Source: a virus
Lineage: Duplodnaviria; Heunggongvirae; Uroviricota; Caudoviricetes
DNA length: 64,000 nt
IMG/VR virus record: IMGVR_UViG_3300042402_002792
Direction: 5' to 3' (one strand)
Shown: piece by piece, positions 37,801 to 47,076 of the stretch
Layout of the letters: each line of letters begins with the position of its first letter
Position numbering within the stretch: position 1 is the stretch's first letter
The notes under the pieces: generated by a model
Database searches by the model: none
What the model was told of the DNA's origin: nothing
What the model saw: the letters and a program-made list of their open reading frames with translations, nothing else
Program-made: the position numbers and the translations under genes

Positions 37801-40800
37801 TAATTGATGCTCTACGCTACGATTTAACTTATGGCGGCAATTTAGAAACTATTGTTGCTGCAAGATCTTTCCGATCATTAGGCACCTGGGCAGGACAAAT
37901 TAACGAAGATAGAACAGCCGCAGCATATACAAGATTATTTGATATTGTCGATAACATTATGCAAGGCGATAACAGTGGTTGGGCAAAAACTCCAGGTAAC
38001 GTTTTAGTTCAAGACGATTCACTACCACACGGTTCAGCTGAAGCAGCTGATTTTGCTCAAGATAGATTAGCCGAAATCCTTGATGTTATTGATACAGAAA
38101 TTTTACCTGATGTGATTGAACCTAATACAGCATGGGTATCAACAAGTCTAATTGATGCAAAAAATGCTATTAGTAAATTAAAAACAGGTATTCAACAAGG
38201 TGCTATTAATTTCATTAATAGTGAATATCCTTCGCTAGTGTATGATCAAATTCTGTGTGCTCGTGATGTCGGCTATATGGTAGACGCAGTAGCATACGAC
38301 ATCATGTTCCAGTCAAACTTTAGAAGTATTACCGCTGGAAGACAGTATAGAAGAGGCATTACCTCAACTCTGGTAGTTATTAACGGTCAGCTAACCGAAA
38401 CAGCAGCAGTTATTGATTATGTCAAATCTGCTATTGTTAGTATTATGCAACCAAAAGTTGGATCATTAGGTAGTACACTAGCTGTAGATCGTGTTGAAGA
38501 AGCATGTAATGTTATCTATGATTTAGTTAATAGTGGTAACGGCACTCAACCTACAGTAAACTTGCCAATACCAACCGGCGGAACAAATAACGCATTTACA
38601 GCAGGTTTCCTAAATGCTAGAAATCAAATTCGTCAAAACTTAACATTTATTCAAGACGAAGTTGCAGCATTTTTAAATGTAAATTATAATGCTGTATGGC
38701 TAGCGTTAGGCGCAACAGGTCAAGCAGGATGCCGTAGAGATACACAATTTATTATTGACGGTGTTGTTTATGATTTAACTTATGGCGGTAATACTCAAAG
38801 TTTAATTGTAGGTAGTGCTTACTACAGCAACTTTGTTTCAACAATTGATCCAGCAGAAATTCCTGCTACAGTTGCTGCCTATACTAGAATTAAAACTATT
38901 GTAGGACAAATTGCACAAGCACAATCTGTAACACCTAGTGCTGGTAATACAACACCTCAAATAACTAGCGGAACTGCTGGTACTGCTGGAGGAGCAACAT
39001 TTGCACAAGATCGTGTTCAAGATGTTATCGATTGGATCAGTAACGAAACTGCTAATGCAACTATTACTCCAGATATTTCTTGGGCAAGTTCTAGTTTACA
39101 ATTAGCATTTACTACACTTCAAGCTAAGAGAGCAGAAATTGCACAAGATGTTGTATGGTGGGTTTATAAATTCCATCAAGATTTAAACTTCAATGAAGAT
39201 ATTTGCCGCAGAGATAGCCTATTATTAGTTGATGCAATTAGTTATGACGTTGTATTTGGCAGCAACTTTGCATCAATTACAGCAGGTAAGGCTTATAACA
39301 GAGCAACTCCTAGCGCACTAAAAGTTAAGACAGATCAATTACGTGCAGAGTTAGGAGCAATTAATTTCTTAAAATATAAAGCTAAAATGCTTGCAGGTGT
39401 TGGCGGCGCTGCTAGAGTAGATTCTCTAATTAGTGATATTACCGGATATATTAACGGTGGTTCTGTGCCTAGAACACAATTTGTAAATCCTACAACAATA
39501 TCTAGTGCATATGCAGCCGCAGCAGTTTTAGTACAAGATAATAAAGATTTTATCAAAGCAGAAATTGCAGCTTGGATACAAGCTCAAATTACCGCTAATG
39601 CTACAAACTTTGTAGGGTTAGAATTTAACGTAGAAAAATGTCAACGCGATGTAGACTATATTTTAGATGCACTACGTTACGATTTAATATATGGGTATGG
39701 TATATCTTCAACTAGTAACACTGCGGTTCAAGTAGCAGGATTAGCCTACTACAGCTACGCAGTCTTGCAAATTGATGCTAATGACAAAGCTGCAACTATT
39801 GATACTTACAACAGATTGAAAGCTGTAGTTCAAGCAGTAGCTCAAGACAATGCAGTAACAGCTAGTGCAGGTAATACTGTTTCGCAAGTACGTGCAGTTA
39901 CTAATCAAGCTGTAGGTTCTGCTGCTACAGCTACTAGTTTAGGTACTCTTGTTGATTTTATTACAAATATTATCAACAGTGGTCCAACAACTGGAGTACC
40001 TCGTGTAACAATTACTACAATTGCTGGTGGAACAACACTTACTACTGGTACAAATCACGGACTTAAAATCGGAGATCAAATAACTCCTCAGGTTACAGCA
40101 AACGGATTAAACATCGATCAAATATATTATGTAGAGTCTATTCCGTTACCAACCACACTTACATTATCTTTAACATATGGCGGAGCTGCTATAACAGCAT
40201 TTACTAATGGTACTGGGTTATCTATCCTAGCAGCAACTGTAACAAATCCTTTAATCACATGGGTCGATTCATCGTTAACAACTATTAACAGTTCTATATC
40301 TTTAAACAGAAGCAGTGTTATTAGCGATGTAACTTCTTATATTAGTCAAAACTTTCCAACTTTAAATTATAGTGTTACAACTTGTGAACGCGATTTAGGT
40401 TACATTATACAAGCAGTAACATTTGATATGATGTTCTCAAGTACTTATAGAACAATTACTGCTGCAAGAAGTTATTATAGAGCAGCAGCATCATTAGTAT
40501 TAGGAGAACAAAAATCTGCTACGATTGCTGCATTTAGATATCTTAAGACAAAACTTTTAAGTTATGCTACAATAGGTACAACAGCTCATAAGAGAATTAA
40601 ATGGTTAATGGATATTATTGTTAACATTTTATCTAACGGTATCGGAAGTACTTCAGAAGTATTTGGTACTATGACTTATGAAAACGATGTAGGAATTTTT
40701 AACACAGCTGAAATTTTAAAAATAAACAAAGAATTTTTAGCAGCAGAGTCAACTGCCTGGATTACTCAGAATTACGGCGGAACTGTTACAACTACAACAG

Positions 40801-43800
40801 CATCAACTGGCAGATTTACAACCAGTGCTGCTCATAATTTTGTTGTAGGCGATCCGATAGAATTTAGTGGAACACCAATTACTGGTAGTAATGTAGCAGT
40901 TTCTACAACATATTATGTTTTAGCTGTCCCAACTCCAACTACATTTACGCTATCTTCAACTCCTGGTGGTACTCTATTACCGGTAGGTAACGGATCTGGA
41001 TCAATGACTGTTCGATATAGTTTTGACATTGATTTGTGCAAACGTGATATGAGAGAATATATAGAAGCTATGGTATATGATCTAGCTTACACCGGTAATT
41101 ATAGATCTTTACGTGCAGCCGAACTATACTTAAATGCAATAAACGGATCTCAGCTTTCAAATATGTTCTACGTGAGCAATGCTACAGGTTTACGTAACTG
41201 TACAGTTAACGGTCTAAACGGAACACTTACAGAAGAAAATGATTACGGTACAAAACGCCCAACCGCAGGTGCTTATGTTGCTCTAAACCCAGGATTTGGT
41301 CCAAATGATCAAAGCGTATGGGTTAACACACGTTCGCACTATTCACAAAACGTATCATTATTTGGTACAGGATGTTCTGGTGCTAAGATCGACGGTGCTA
41401 TACATGCAGGCGGAAATCGTTCAATGGTTAAGAACGACTTTACAACAATTATATCAGACGGAATCGGCGTATGGTGTTCTGGAGCTAACAGCTTAACAGA
41501 ACTTGTTTCGGTATTCGCATATTACTCATATGCTGGGTACTTAGCAGACTTAGGCGGACGTATTCGTGCTACTAACGGTAATAGTTCATATGGAAGTTTT
41601 GGTACTATTGCTGAAGGTACAGATACATTTGAAACACCTATTCTAGCTGAACTTGACAATACAGCATCACAGGCTACTATTACAGAAACTATTACTGATT
41701 CTCTACAACAAGTGTGGAGAGTAGAATTCCAAAACGCAGGTAAAGGTTACACTAATGCAGACTTTGGTATTAGCGGCGACGGTATTAATGCCGTCGCAGT
41801 TGGTGATGAGTTTAGAGACGGAGCAGTATTTGAAACACGAATTTATGATGCTGACAACGGTAGTGATGTAGGCGGAACAAACTATGTCAATGCTCTAAAT
41901 GCTGCTCAAGGCGGAGACAGAGTAAGCATTACTATTGCTGCTACTGATATTGCTCTAGCTACAGCATATGTAGGTATGCGTATTCAGATAACAGCAGGTA
42001 CAGGTGTAGGCCAATACGGTAATGTATTAACTTACAATAACGGTACAAAAGTTGCACAAATATTTAAAGACAGCTGGGAACCAATAACAATTACTTCAAC
42101 TACTGATACTGGTGACTATGTAAACATTAGTTCTAATGCAAACTTATATGTTAACATGCCAATTTATTTTACCGGAACTGCATTCGGTGGAGTTACAGCT
42201 AATACTTTATATTATGTAAAAGCATTAAATGGTACTACACAGTTTACTATTAGTGAAACACAAGGCGGTGCAACATTTAACGTAACAACCGGCACTGGTA
42301 CAATGACATTATTGCAAGCTGGTTGGGATCATGTAATTCCAGGTTATCCAATACAAGCAGCACTTGATTTATCAAGTTCATATGTAATTGAACCGAGAAT
42401 TCATTTTACACATCCTGGTTACAATTCAGATTCAACAGCAATGAATGGTTCTTCACAAGATCACTTTAGAACTACGTTCGGTGTAGAAAGATATGTTGTA
42501 ATACCAGCAGCAGCTGGCGCAACAAGGTATTCCACAGATGGAACTACATGGAGTGTAGGTGGTACTATCAGTTTTGCTCCTTCTGAACTTGTATTTGGTG
42601 GAGGTGAAGGTGCAACAGCTACAGCTAGAATAGGTGGACTAGGTGGTGAAGGCGCTATATTAGAAGCCATTATGGGAGAAACTAATAGCGTAGGTATGCC
42701 AGGCGCTGACCAAGTTGTTGGTGTAAGAATTATTGACGGTGGTCGTAACTATACTACACCTCCTACACTGGTGTTTACTCCTACACTCGGTGGCGCAGGT
42801 GCAGTTGCACTGGCTACAGTTAGAGATGGAAAAATTGACAAAGTTTATTTAGATCCTATCAACTTCGAAGGAACTGTTAACGGATCAGGCTACTTAAATC
42901 CTCCAACTGTTACTGCTGTAACAGATAGAGTAAGTAAGATTACAATTCTAACTAAAGGTAGAAAATATACTACACTTCCGGCAGTTACTATTAGCAGTCC
43001 GTTCCCTAGTGCAAGTGCATGGACTGATGGCGGAAGTGCTGTAAGTGGTACGGTGTATGCTTATCAAAATATTAGTATTTCACCATATAGAACTAATTAC
43101 TATCAAGCCACAGCTAGCGGAACATTTAGTTCTACAGCCCCAACATTTACAACAGGAACTGGTTCAGGTGCTACATATGGTGTTGGATTAACTTATGTAG
43201 GTACACAAGCTACAGCTAATGCTACACTAGCTAACCAAGGTATTGACACCATTACATTAGATTATGTAGGTGCAGGGTATAGTTCAACTCCAACAGTAAC
43301 AATTACAGATCCAACAGCAAAATTTGTCTGTATTCAAAGCGGCGGCACTGGTACTAATTACCTACCAGCAACTTCAGTACCAACAGCTAACTGGACAGCA
43401 GGTGGCTCGTTAGCAGCATCAACTTTTGTAGGATTAGCGCACGGAACGCCAAATGCAGGAATATATGTTGCAGTTGGTGGCACAAATGCTGCGGCTTCAA
43501 GCGGTGATGGTATTACATGGACTACTAGAACTATTCCAACATTAGGATCTGGGACATATAGGGCAGTTGCATACGGAGCCGGTCGCTTTGTTGCAATATC
43601 TACTGCTACTGCTACTGCTACAAGTACTAACGGTACAACATGGACAGCAGGAGGAAATCTACCAGCAGGAGTAACATGGACTAGTGTTGCATACGGTAAT
43701 GGTAGATTTGTTGCTGTTGGTGCAAATAGTCGCGTTACAGCATACAGTTACGACGGCGGCATAACATGGATTAATTCTACAACAGTTGGCGCAGGAATTC

Positions 43801-45305
43801 CTAACAGAAACTGGGTGCGAATCAAGTACGGTCAAGGATTATTTGTTGCAATACCTGATGGATCTCAATTTATTTCAACAAGTACAGATGGTGTTTATTG
43901 GACTGAAAGAGATATAGGTTCTGGTGCACCTGGCGGCCCGAGAGATATAGTGTTAGGTAATCCTAATGGTGTACCGTTATGGCATTTAACTACAAGCGGT
44001 GTTACTGGCAGAATAATTAGAACAGGTGTTAAAGCACTAGGTCGTATGAAAGCTGCATCTGGCAGCGTAGTTGAAACTAGAATGGTTGAACCTGGTAGTG
44101 GGTATCCTCAAGGGGCTGTGTCTGCTACAACAGCAAGTACAAACTTGATTACAGCTAGTATAACTACAAATCTAGTAGATTCTCAACCAATTATATTTGC
44201 AGGACTTGATTCTTACGGATTAGTAACAGAGAAAATTTATTATGTAATAGGTTCAACTATTACAAGTACACAATTTAAAGTCAGCTTAGTTTCTGGCAGC
44301 TCAACTCCAGTGGTATTAACTACTGCTACAGGGCTAACAGGTACATATAAGGCAGGTCCAATACACACTCAGTTTGATCCAAACAGAGTTCAAAGTGCTT
44401 CGTTAAATCCTCGCACAGGTAATGGTGCTTTAGGAAATCCAAGCTTTACTAATAGAGGTACAAGCTATACAACTGCGACTGCTGATGTATCAGGAGACGG
44501 CCGAGCTGATTACTATCAACCATTAACATTTGTTAGTGTACGAAACTTATACGAAGTACCACAGGCTGGTTCAAACGTTGTGTTTGATTCTATTCCTGGT
44601 GTTTGGTTTAAACTAGTAGCAGTAACAAACGTCTTAGGTGACCCAGGCGAGTTTACTGGTACATTCCAAATTAGTCCAGGATTAACCACATTAGAAGCAC
44701 CTATTGACGGTGACGGAATGACTACTACTATTAAGTACAGTCAAGTTCGTTTAACAGGACATGACTTCTTGTATATCGGTACTGGTAATCAAGCACAAAC
44801 TAACTATCCATTTGTTGATCCTACTACTGCTAGTATTGCAGTACAAACAAAAGCTAGTGGTGGTGGACGATGCTTCTTTACAAGTACTGACCAAGACGGT
44901 AACTTTAACGTTGGCGGATTGTTTGGAGTTCAACAGTCAACAGGTACTGCTACATTGAACGCAGATGCGTTTAATCTAAGCGGTCTACAGAGTTTGCAGT
45001 TAGGACAGTTAAATATCGGTGTTGGAAGTGCAGTTATTACGCAGTTCTCAACAGACCCGTATTTTACTGCTAATAGCGATAGTATTTTACCAACTCAACG
45101 AGCAATTAAAGCTTACATTACTGCACAGATTGGTGGCGGACAAAGCTCATTGAACGTAAATACACTTACAGCTGGTGTAGTTTATATTGCTAACGACAGT
45201 ATTTCTACAACAACAGGAGCACAATTAAACATCAAATCAAAGATGAACTTTACAGGCGGCATTGACGGAGCTCCTGTAGCTTTAGGATACTTTTTATCAA
45301 GATAA
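34869..45305 (+). CDS. Giant multidomain virion protein (3478 aa), paralogue of 26690, with eight phycobiliprotein-like helical repeats
   Basis: Same architecture as 26690 (EFKLGRIRFVW start, CBM-like repeats, GDELRS, propeller repeats, STDQDGNF) plus seven CxRD motifs. Confidence 0.75.
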   Translation: MAEFKLGRIRFVWRGQWTTGTQYLVDDVISNGGKSYICVINHTAAVSFDTDLDAIPTKWNIVADGTQWLGDWTPSTYYNPGAVVKYGALIYICNSGHTSATYAPPAYLGLENDLSKWDLFAEAFNWVGPWTTNTRYKINDFVVYGGTTYICKLGHVSAATSSLGLEVDNLKWDPFNNGLTYLGDWSGSTVRYKRNDLVKYGANLWICTVYHSSSATFDESKWEVFVEGFEFENSWNSATVYQPGDVVTYGGYSYISKTNHTNKQPTANPTDWAVFVTGFNFRGEYDPLLNYRVGDVVRNGSYTYVALLDSLGTVVTNQTYWGLLNHGFRWTNVPVTYNEVSTITVTGLGSGAKFNIVRSATVYAVTLATGFEGANYAAGDRLKILGSSLGGITPANDLTINVSTVSTGAIATFTFSGGSVTWSINTDYVLGDVVTYGGNSYVCILAHTASGGNKPDADLTGTYWNLLTAGSEVNILTTTGDLVYMGANGPTRLPVGINGQVLRSDNGLPIWANYGLINNLVYVGPLGNDLPYPLAGATIDQPWKTLRYACKQVEEGYLTPNAKQVIAMNKQFIMKEVSAWVDYTYTLTITSSDQTTDRFTTASTENLIANMPIVFSGTVFGGITSGTVYYVKTIISTTEFTISNISGGTLRQIDTASGTMTLKLSYDATKCERDVGMIVEAIKHDISRGGTMKTTYAAKTYFTEEGNAYITNNFGAQTTQTIAAYNFMAELLEDVINNVASSSYQVINGSTSGVVQQIDSTLTSELGTAQKAKDLIQIITTALTLGSSTAIPLQILPATTISVKTGTFNEILPIVIPEYTAVVGDELRSTIIQPASGIDILVNDKSKTTSALNRINSLVPDLIQNNAITPTSGNTEQRKYLGGYIGGNTAVVATKTDIIKDITLNGLGSVPAISLTDPTGYSSGFLNGRRLLVSNKTFIVREISEWILAQIAGNVAPFVGATFAGSTRTDFEVVVGYVIDALRYDLTYGGNLETIVAARSFRSLGTWAGQINEDRTAAAYTRLFDIVDNIMQGDNSGWAKTPGNVLVQDDSLPHGSAEAADFAQDRLAEILDVIDTEILPDVIEPNTAWVSTSLIDAKNAISKLKTGIQQGAINFINSEYPSLVYDQILCARDVGYMVDAVAYDIMFQSNFRSITAGRQYRRGITSTLVVINGQLTETAAVIDYVKSAIVSIMQPKVGSLGSTLAVDRVEEACNVIYDLVNSGNGTQPTVNLPIPTGGTNNAFTAGFLNARNQIRQNLTFIQDEVAAFLNVNYNAVWLALGATGQAGCRRDTQFIIDGVVYDLTYGGNTQSLIVGSAYYSNFVSTIDPAEIPATVAAYTRIKTIVGQIAQAQSVTPSAGNTTPQITSGTAGTAGGATFAQDRVQDVIDWISNETANATITPDISWASSSLQLAFTTLQAKRAEIAQDVVWWVYKFHQDLNFNEDICRRDSLLLVDAISYDVVFGSNFASITAGKAYNRATPSALKVKTDQLRAELGAINFLKYKAKMLAGVGGAARVDSLISDITGYINGGSVPRTQFVNPTTISSAYAAAAVLVQDNKDFIKAEIAAWIQAQITANATNFVGLEFNVEKCQRDVDYILDALRYDLIYGYGISSTSNTAVQVAGLAYYSYAVLQIDANDKAATIDTYNRLKAVVQAVAQDNAVTASAGNTVSQVRAVTNQAVGSAATATSLGTLVDFITNIINSGPTTGVPRVTITTIAGGTTLTTGTNHGLKIGDQITPQVTANGLNIDQIYYVESIPLPTTLTLSLTYGGAAITAFTNGTGLSILAATVTNPLITWVDSSLTTINSSISLNRSSVISDVTSYISQNFPTLNYSVTTCERDLGYIIQAVTFDMMFSSTYRTITAARSYYRAAASLVLGEQKSATIAAFRYLKTKLLSYATIGTTAHKRIKWLMDIIVNILSNGIGSTSEVFGTMTYENDVGIFNTAEILKINKEFLAAESTAWITQNYGGTVTTTTASTGRFTTSAAHNFVVGDPIEFSGTPITGSNVAVSTTYYVLAVPTPTTFTLSSTPGGTLLPVGNGSGSMTVRYSFDIDLCKRDMREYIEAMVYDLAYTGNYRSLRAAELYLNAINGSQLSNMFYVSNATGLRNCTVNGLNGTLTEENDYGTKRPTAGAYVALNPGFGPNDQSVWVNTRSHYSQNVSLFGTGCSGAKIDGAIHAGGNRSMVKNDFTTIISDGIGVWCSGANSLTELVSVFAYYSYAGYLADLGGRIRATNGNSSYGSFGTIAEGTDTFETPILAELDNTASQATITETITDSLQQVWRVEFQNAGKGYTNADFGISGDGINAVAVGDEFRDGAVFETRIYDADNGSDVGGTNYVNALNAAQGGDRVSITIAATDIALATAYVGMRIQITAGTGVGQYGNVLTYNNGTKVAQIFKDSWEPITITSTTDTGDYVNISSNANLYVNMPIYFTGTAFGGVTANTLYYVKALNGTTQFTISETQGGATFNVTTGTGTMTLLQAGWDHVIPGYPIQAALDLSSSYVIEPRIHFTHPGYNSDSTAMNGSSQDHFRTTFGVERYVVIPAAAGATRYSTDGTTWSVGGTISFAPSELVFGGGEGATATARIGGLGGEGAILEAIMGETNSVGMPGADQVVGVRIIDGGRNYTTPPTLVFTPTLGGAGAVALATVRDGKIDKVYLDPINFEGTVNGSGYLNPPTVTAVTDRVSKITILTKGRKYTTLPAVTISSPFPSASAWTDGGSAVSGTVYAYQNISISPYRTNYYQATASGTFSSTAPTFTTGTGSGATYGVGLTYVGTQATANATLANQGIDTITLDYVGAGYSSTPTVTITDPTAKFVCIQSGGTGTNYLPATSVPTANWTAGGSLAASTFVGLAHGTPNAGIYVAVGGTNAAASSGDGITWTTRTIPTLGSGTYRAVAYGAGRFVAISTATATATSTNGTTWTAGGNLPAGVTWTSVAYGNGRFVAVGANSRVTAYSYDGGITWINSTTVGAGIPNRNWVRIKYGQGLFVAIPDGSQFISTSTDGVYWTERDIGSGAPGGPRDIVLGNPNGVPLWHLTTSGVTGRIIRTGVKALGRMKAASGSVVETRMVEPGSGYPQGAVSATTASTNLITASITTNLVDSQPIIFAGLDSYGLVTEKIYYVIGSTITSTQFKVSLVSGSSTPVVLTTATGLTGTYKAGPIHTQFDPNRVQSASLNPRTGNGALGNPSFTNRGTSYTTATADVSGDGRADYYQPLTFVSVRNLYEVPQAGSNVVFDSIPGVWFKLVAVTNVLGDPGEFTGTFQISPGLTTLEAPIDGDGMTTTIKYSQVRLTGHDFLYIGTGNQAQTNYPFVDPTTASIAVQTKASGGGRCFFTSTDQDGNFNVGGLFGVQQSTGTATLNADAFNLSGLQSLQLGQLNIGVGSAVITQFSTDPYFTANSDSILPTQRAIKAYITAQIGGGQSSLNVNTLTAGVVYIANDSISTTTGAQLNIKSKMNFTGGIDGAPVALGYFLSR
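36550..41160 (+). repeat. Array of eight helical protein repeats with C-x-R-D...Y-D motif
   Basis: Cys codons at 36879, 38256, 38730, 39204, 39639, 40383 and 41037; a Cys-less copy has Phe at 37779. Confidence 0.85.
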
Positions 45306-45319
45306 TGGAGATATAAAAC

Positions 45320-45643
45320 ATGGCAACAGGAAGACTAGGCGTTTTTGCAATACCAGCAACAACCAACACAACAGTTTATACAGTACCGACAGGCTATTAT
45401 GCAGTCTGTAACGTGTCTATCACAAATAGAAATGCGTCAAGTACTATCACACTTAGACTAGCAATGGCTGCATCAGGAACACCAAATAATGAAGAGTGGA
45501 TGGAATACGATACTATTATTATTCCAAACGGCGTTTTTGAGCGCACAGGTTTAGTTATGCAAGCCGGGCTAAATATTGTAGTATATTCATCCGCAGCTAA
45601 TGTTGGATGTACAGTGTATGGCATCGAAACACCAACAACATAA
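45320..45643 (+). CDS. Small beta-rich virion protein (paralogue of 15554 and 25962)
   Basis: TVYTVP...NVSITNR...IIPNGVFERTGLVM. Confidence 0.6.
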   Translation: MATGRLGVFAIPATTNTTVYTVPTGYYAVCNVSITNRNASSTITLRLAMAASGTPNNEEWMEYDTIIIPNGVFERTGLVMQAGLNIVVYSSAANVGCTVYGIETPTT

Positions 45644-45661
45644 TTGAAGTGAGATAAAAAT

Positions 45662-47074
45662 ATGGCACGTTTTAATACAGGACCTAGGACCCTTGTAATC
45701 TCGGGAACAACGATACTAAGCTATGCGTTTACTGGGGGAATAGTTACTTTATCAGGCGCAGGGGCCTATACTGTTACTGTTGCTAGCCCTGTATCGTTTC
45801 CGGGGACTACACAGGTATTTTATAATGGATCGTCGGCAGCTGTAACTTTAGCAACCCCAGTGGGACAACTTCGAGGACCGGGCTTTACTGGCGGCGCATT
45901 TCAAACAATCGAAGCTGGCGCCTCAATGACTATAGTATCAGATGGTTCAAACTATATTATTGTTAATACAGAAGGTAACATAGTTGTTGGTACAACTGCA
46001 ACGTTTACTGGAACATTAACAGCCCCAACACAAAACGGATCAACAGCCAGCAGCGGCACTTTGATCATGCGAGGTACTAGTCATGCTACAAAAGCAGCCG
46101 CTAGTATTTTAATGGATGATAATGTTACTAGTACAAGTACAACAACTGGTACCTTAGTTATAACAGGCGGTGTTGGATTAAGCGAAAACTTATATGTAGG
46201 AGGTTCTGCTGTAAGATTTACAGCTAACTCTGCAAGTACAGGCACATCAAGTGGTACACTAGTTGTTACAGGAGGAGTAGGTGTTGGAGGCAGAATTAAT
46301 GCAACTGATTTTACAGGTACAGTTGGAGCAAACTCTGCAAATACCGGAGCATTTACTACTTTAACTGCTAATAATACAGTATCATTAACAGCTAACCAAA
46401 GTGCTACAAACACTGCAACTGGAACACTAAGAGTAACAGGGGGTGCTAGTTGCACAGAAAATTTATGGGTAGGTGGTTATATCGATGCAGCTAGTATGCA
46501 AGATACACCAATCGGAACAGTTACTCGAAGCTCTGCTGCTTTTACAACTCTAACAGCAAATAATTCAGTAACACTTACACAAAATGCTAGTTCAAGTAAT
46601 ACAGCATCAGGTACATTAGTTGTCACTGGCGGTGTTGGTATTAGTGAAAACTTATTTGTAGGTGGCGCAAGTGTAAGATTTACAGGTAACACTGGTAGTT
46701 CTAACACTAGTTCTGGTACACTGGTTGTTACAGGTGGTGTTGGTATTAGTCAAAACTGTTACGTTGGTAGCTCATTAGTTGCTGGCAGTATTTCAGAAAC
46801 ATCTAGCGAAACATTAAAGAGAGATATAACTCCAATTGAAAATGCTCTAGACAAAATTCTAAATTTAACAGGCGTAACTTATTTTAGAACAGCCGATGAC
46901 ACATTTGAAGCAGGCTTGATTGCAGAACATGTAAATAAGATTATACCAGAATTAGTTGGTAGAGATAGTAAAGGAAATCCTCAAACAGTCTACTATACAA
47001 AAATTACTGCCTACTTAATTGAAGCAGTTAAATCATTAAAACATGAACTTGATAGTATAAAAGGAAAGAATTAA
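45662..47074 (+). CDS. Tail fibre with C-terminal intramolecular chaperone (peptidase S74-like)
   Basis: Repeated GTLVVTGGVG(I/L)SENL.VGG units; ETSSETLKRDI..I.NAL..I..L.GV.Y...GLIAE.V..IIPELV...Y..I.AYLIEAVK.L chaperone signature. Confidence 0.85.
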   Translation: MARFNTGPRTLVISGTTILSYAFTGGIVTLSGAGAYTVTVASPVSFPGTTQVFYNGSSAAVTLATPVGQLRGPGFTGGAFQTIEAGASMTIVSDGSNYIIVNTEGNIVVGTTATFTGTLTAPTQNGSTASSGTLIMRGTSHATKAAASILMDDNVTSTSTTTGTLVITGGVGLSENLYVGGSAVRFTANSASTGTSSGTLVVTGGVGVGGRINATDFTGTVGANSANTGAFTTLTANNTVSLTANQSATNTATGTLRVTGGASCTENLWVGGYIDAASMQDTPIGTVTRSSAAFTTLTANNSVTLTQNASSSNTASGTLVVTGGVGISENLFVGGASVRFTGNTGSSNTSSGTLVVTGGVGISQNCYVGSSLVAGSISETSSETLKRDITPIENALDKILNLTGVTYFRTADDTFEAGLIAEHVNKIIPELVGRDSKGNPQTVYYTKITAYLIEAVKSLKHELDSIKGKN

Positions 47075-47076
47075 AC

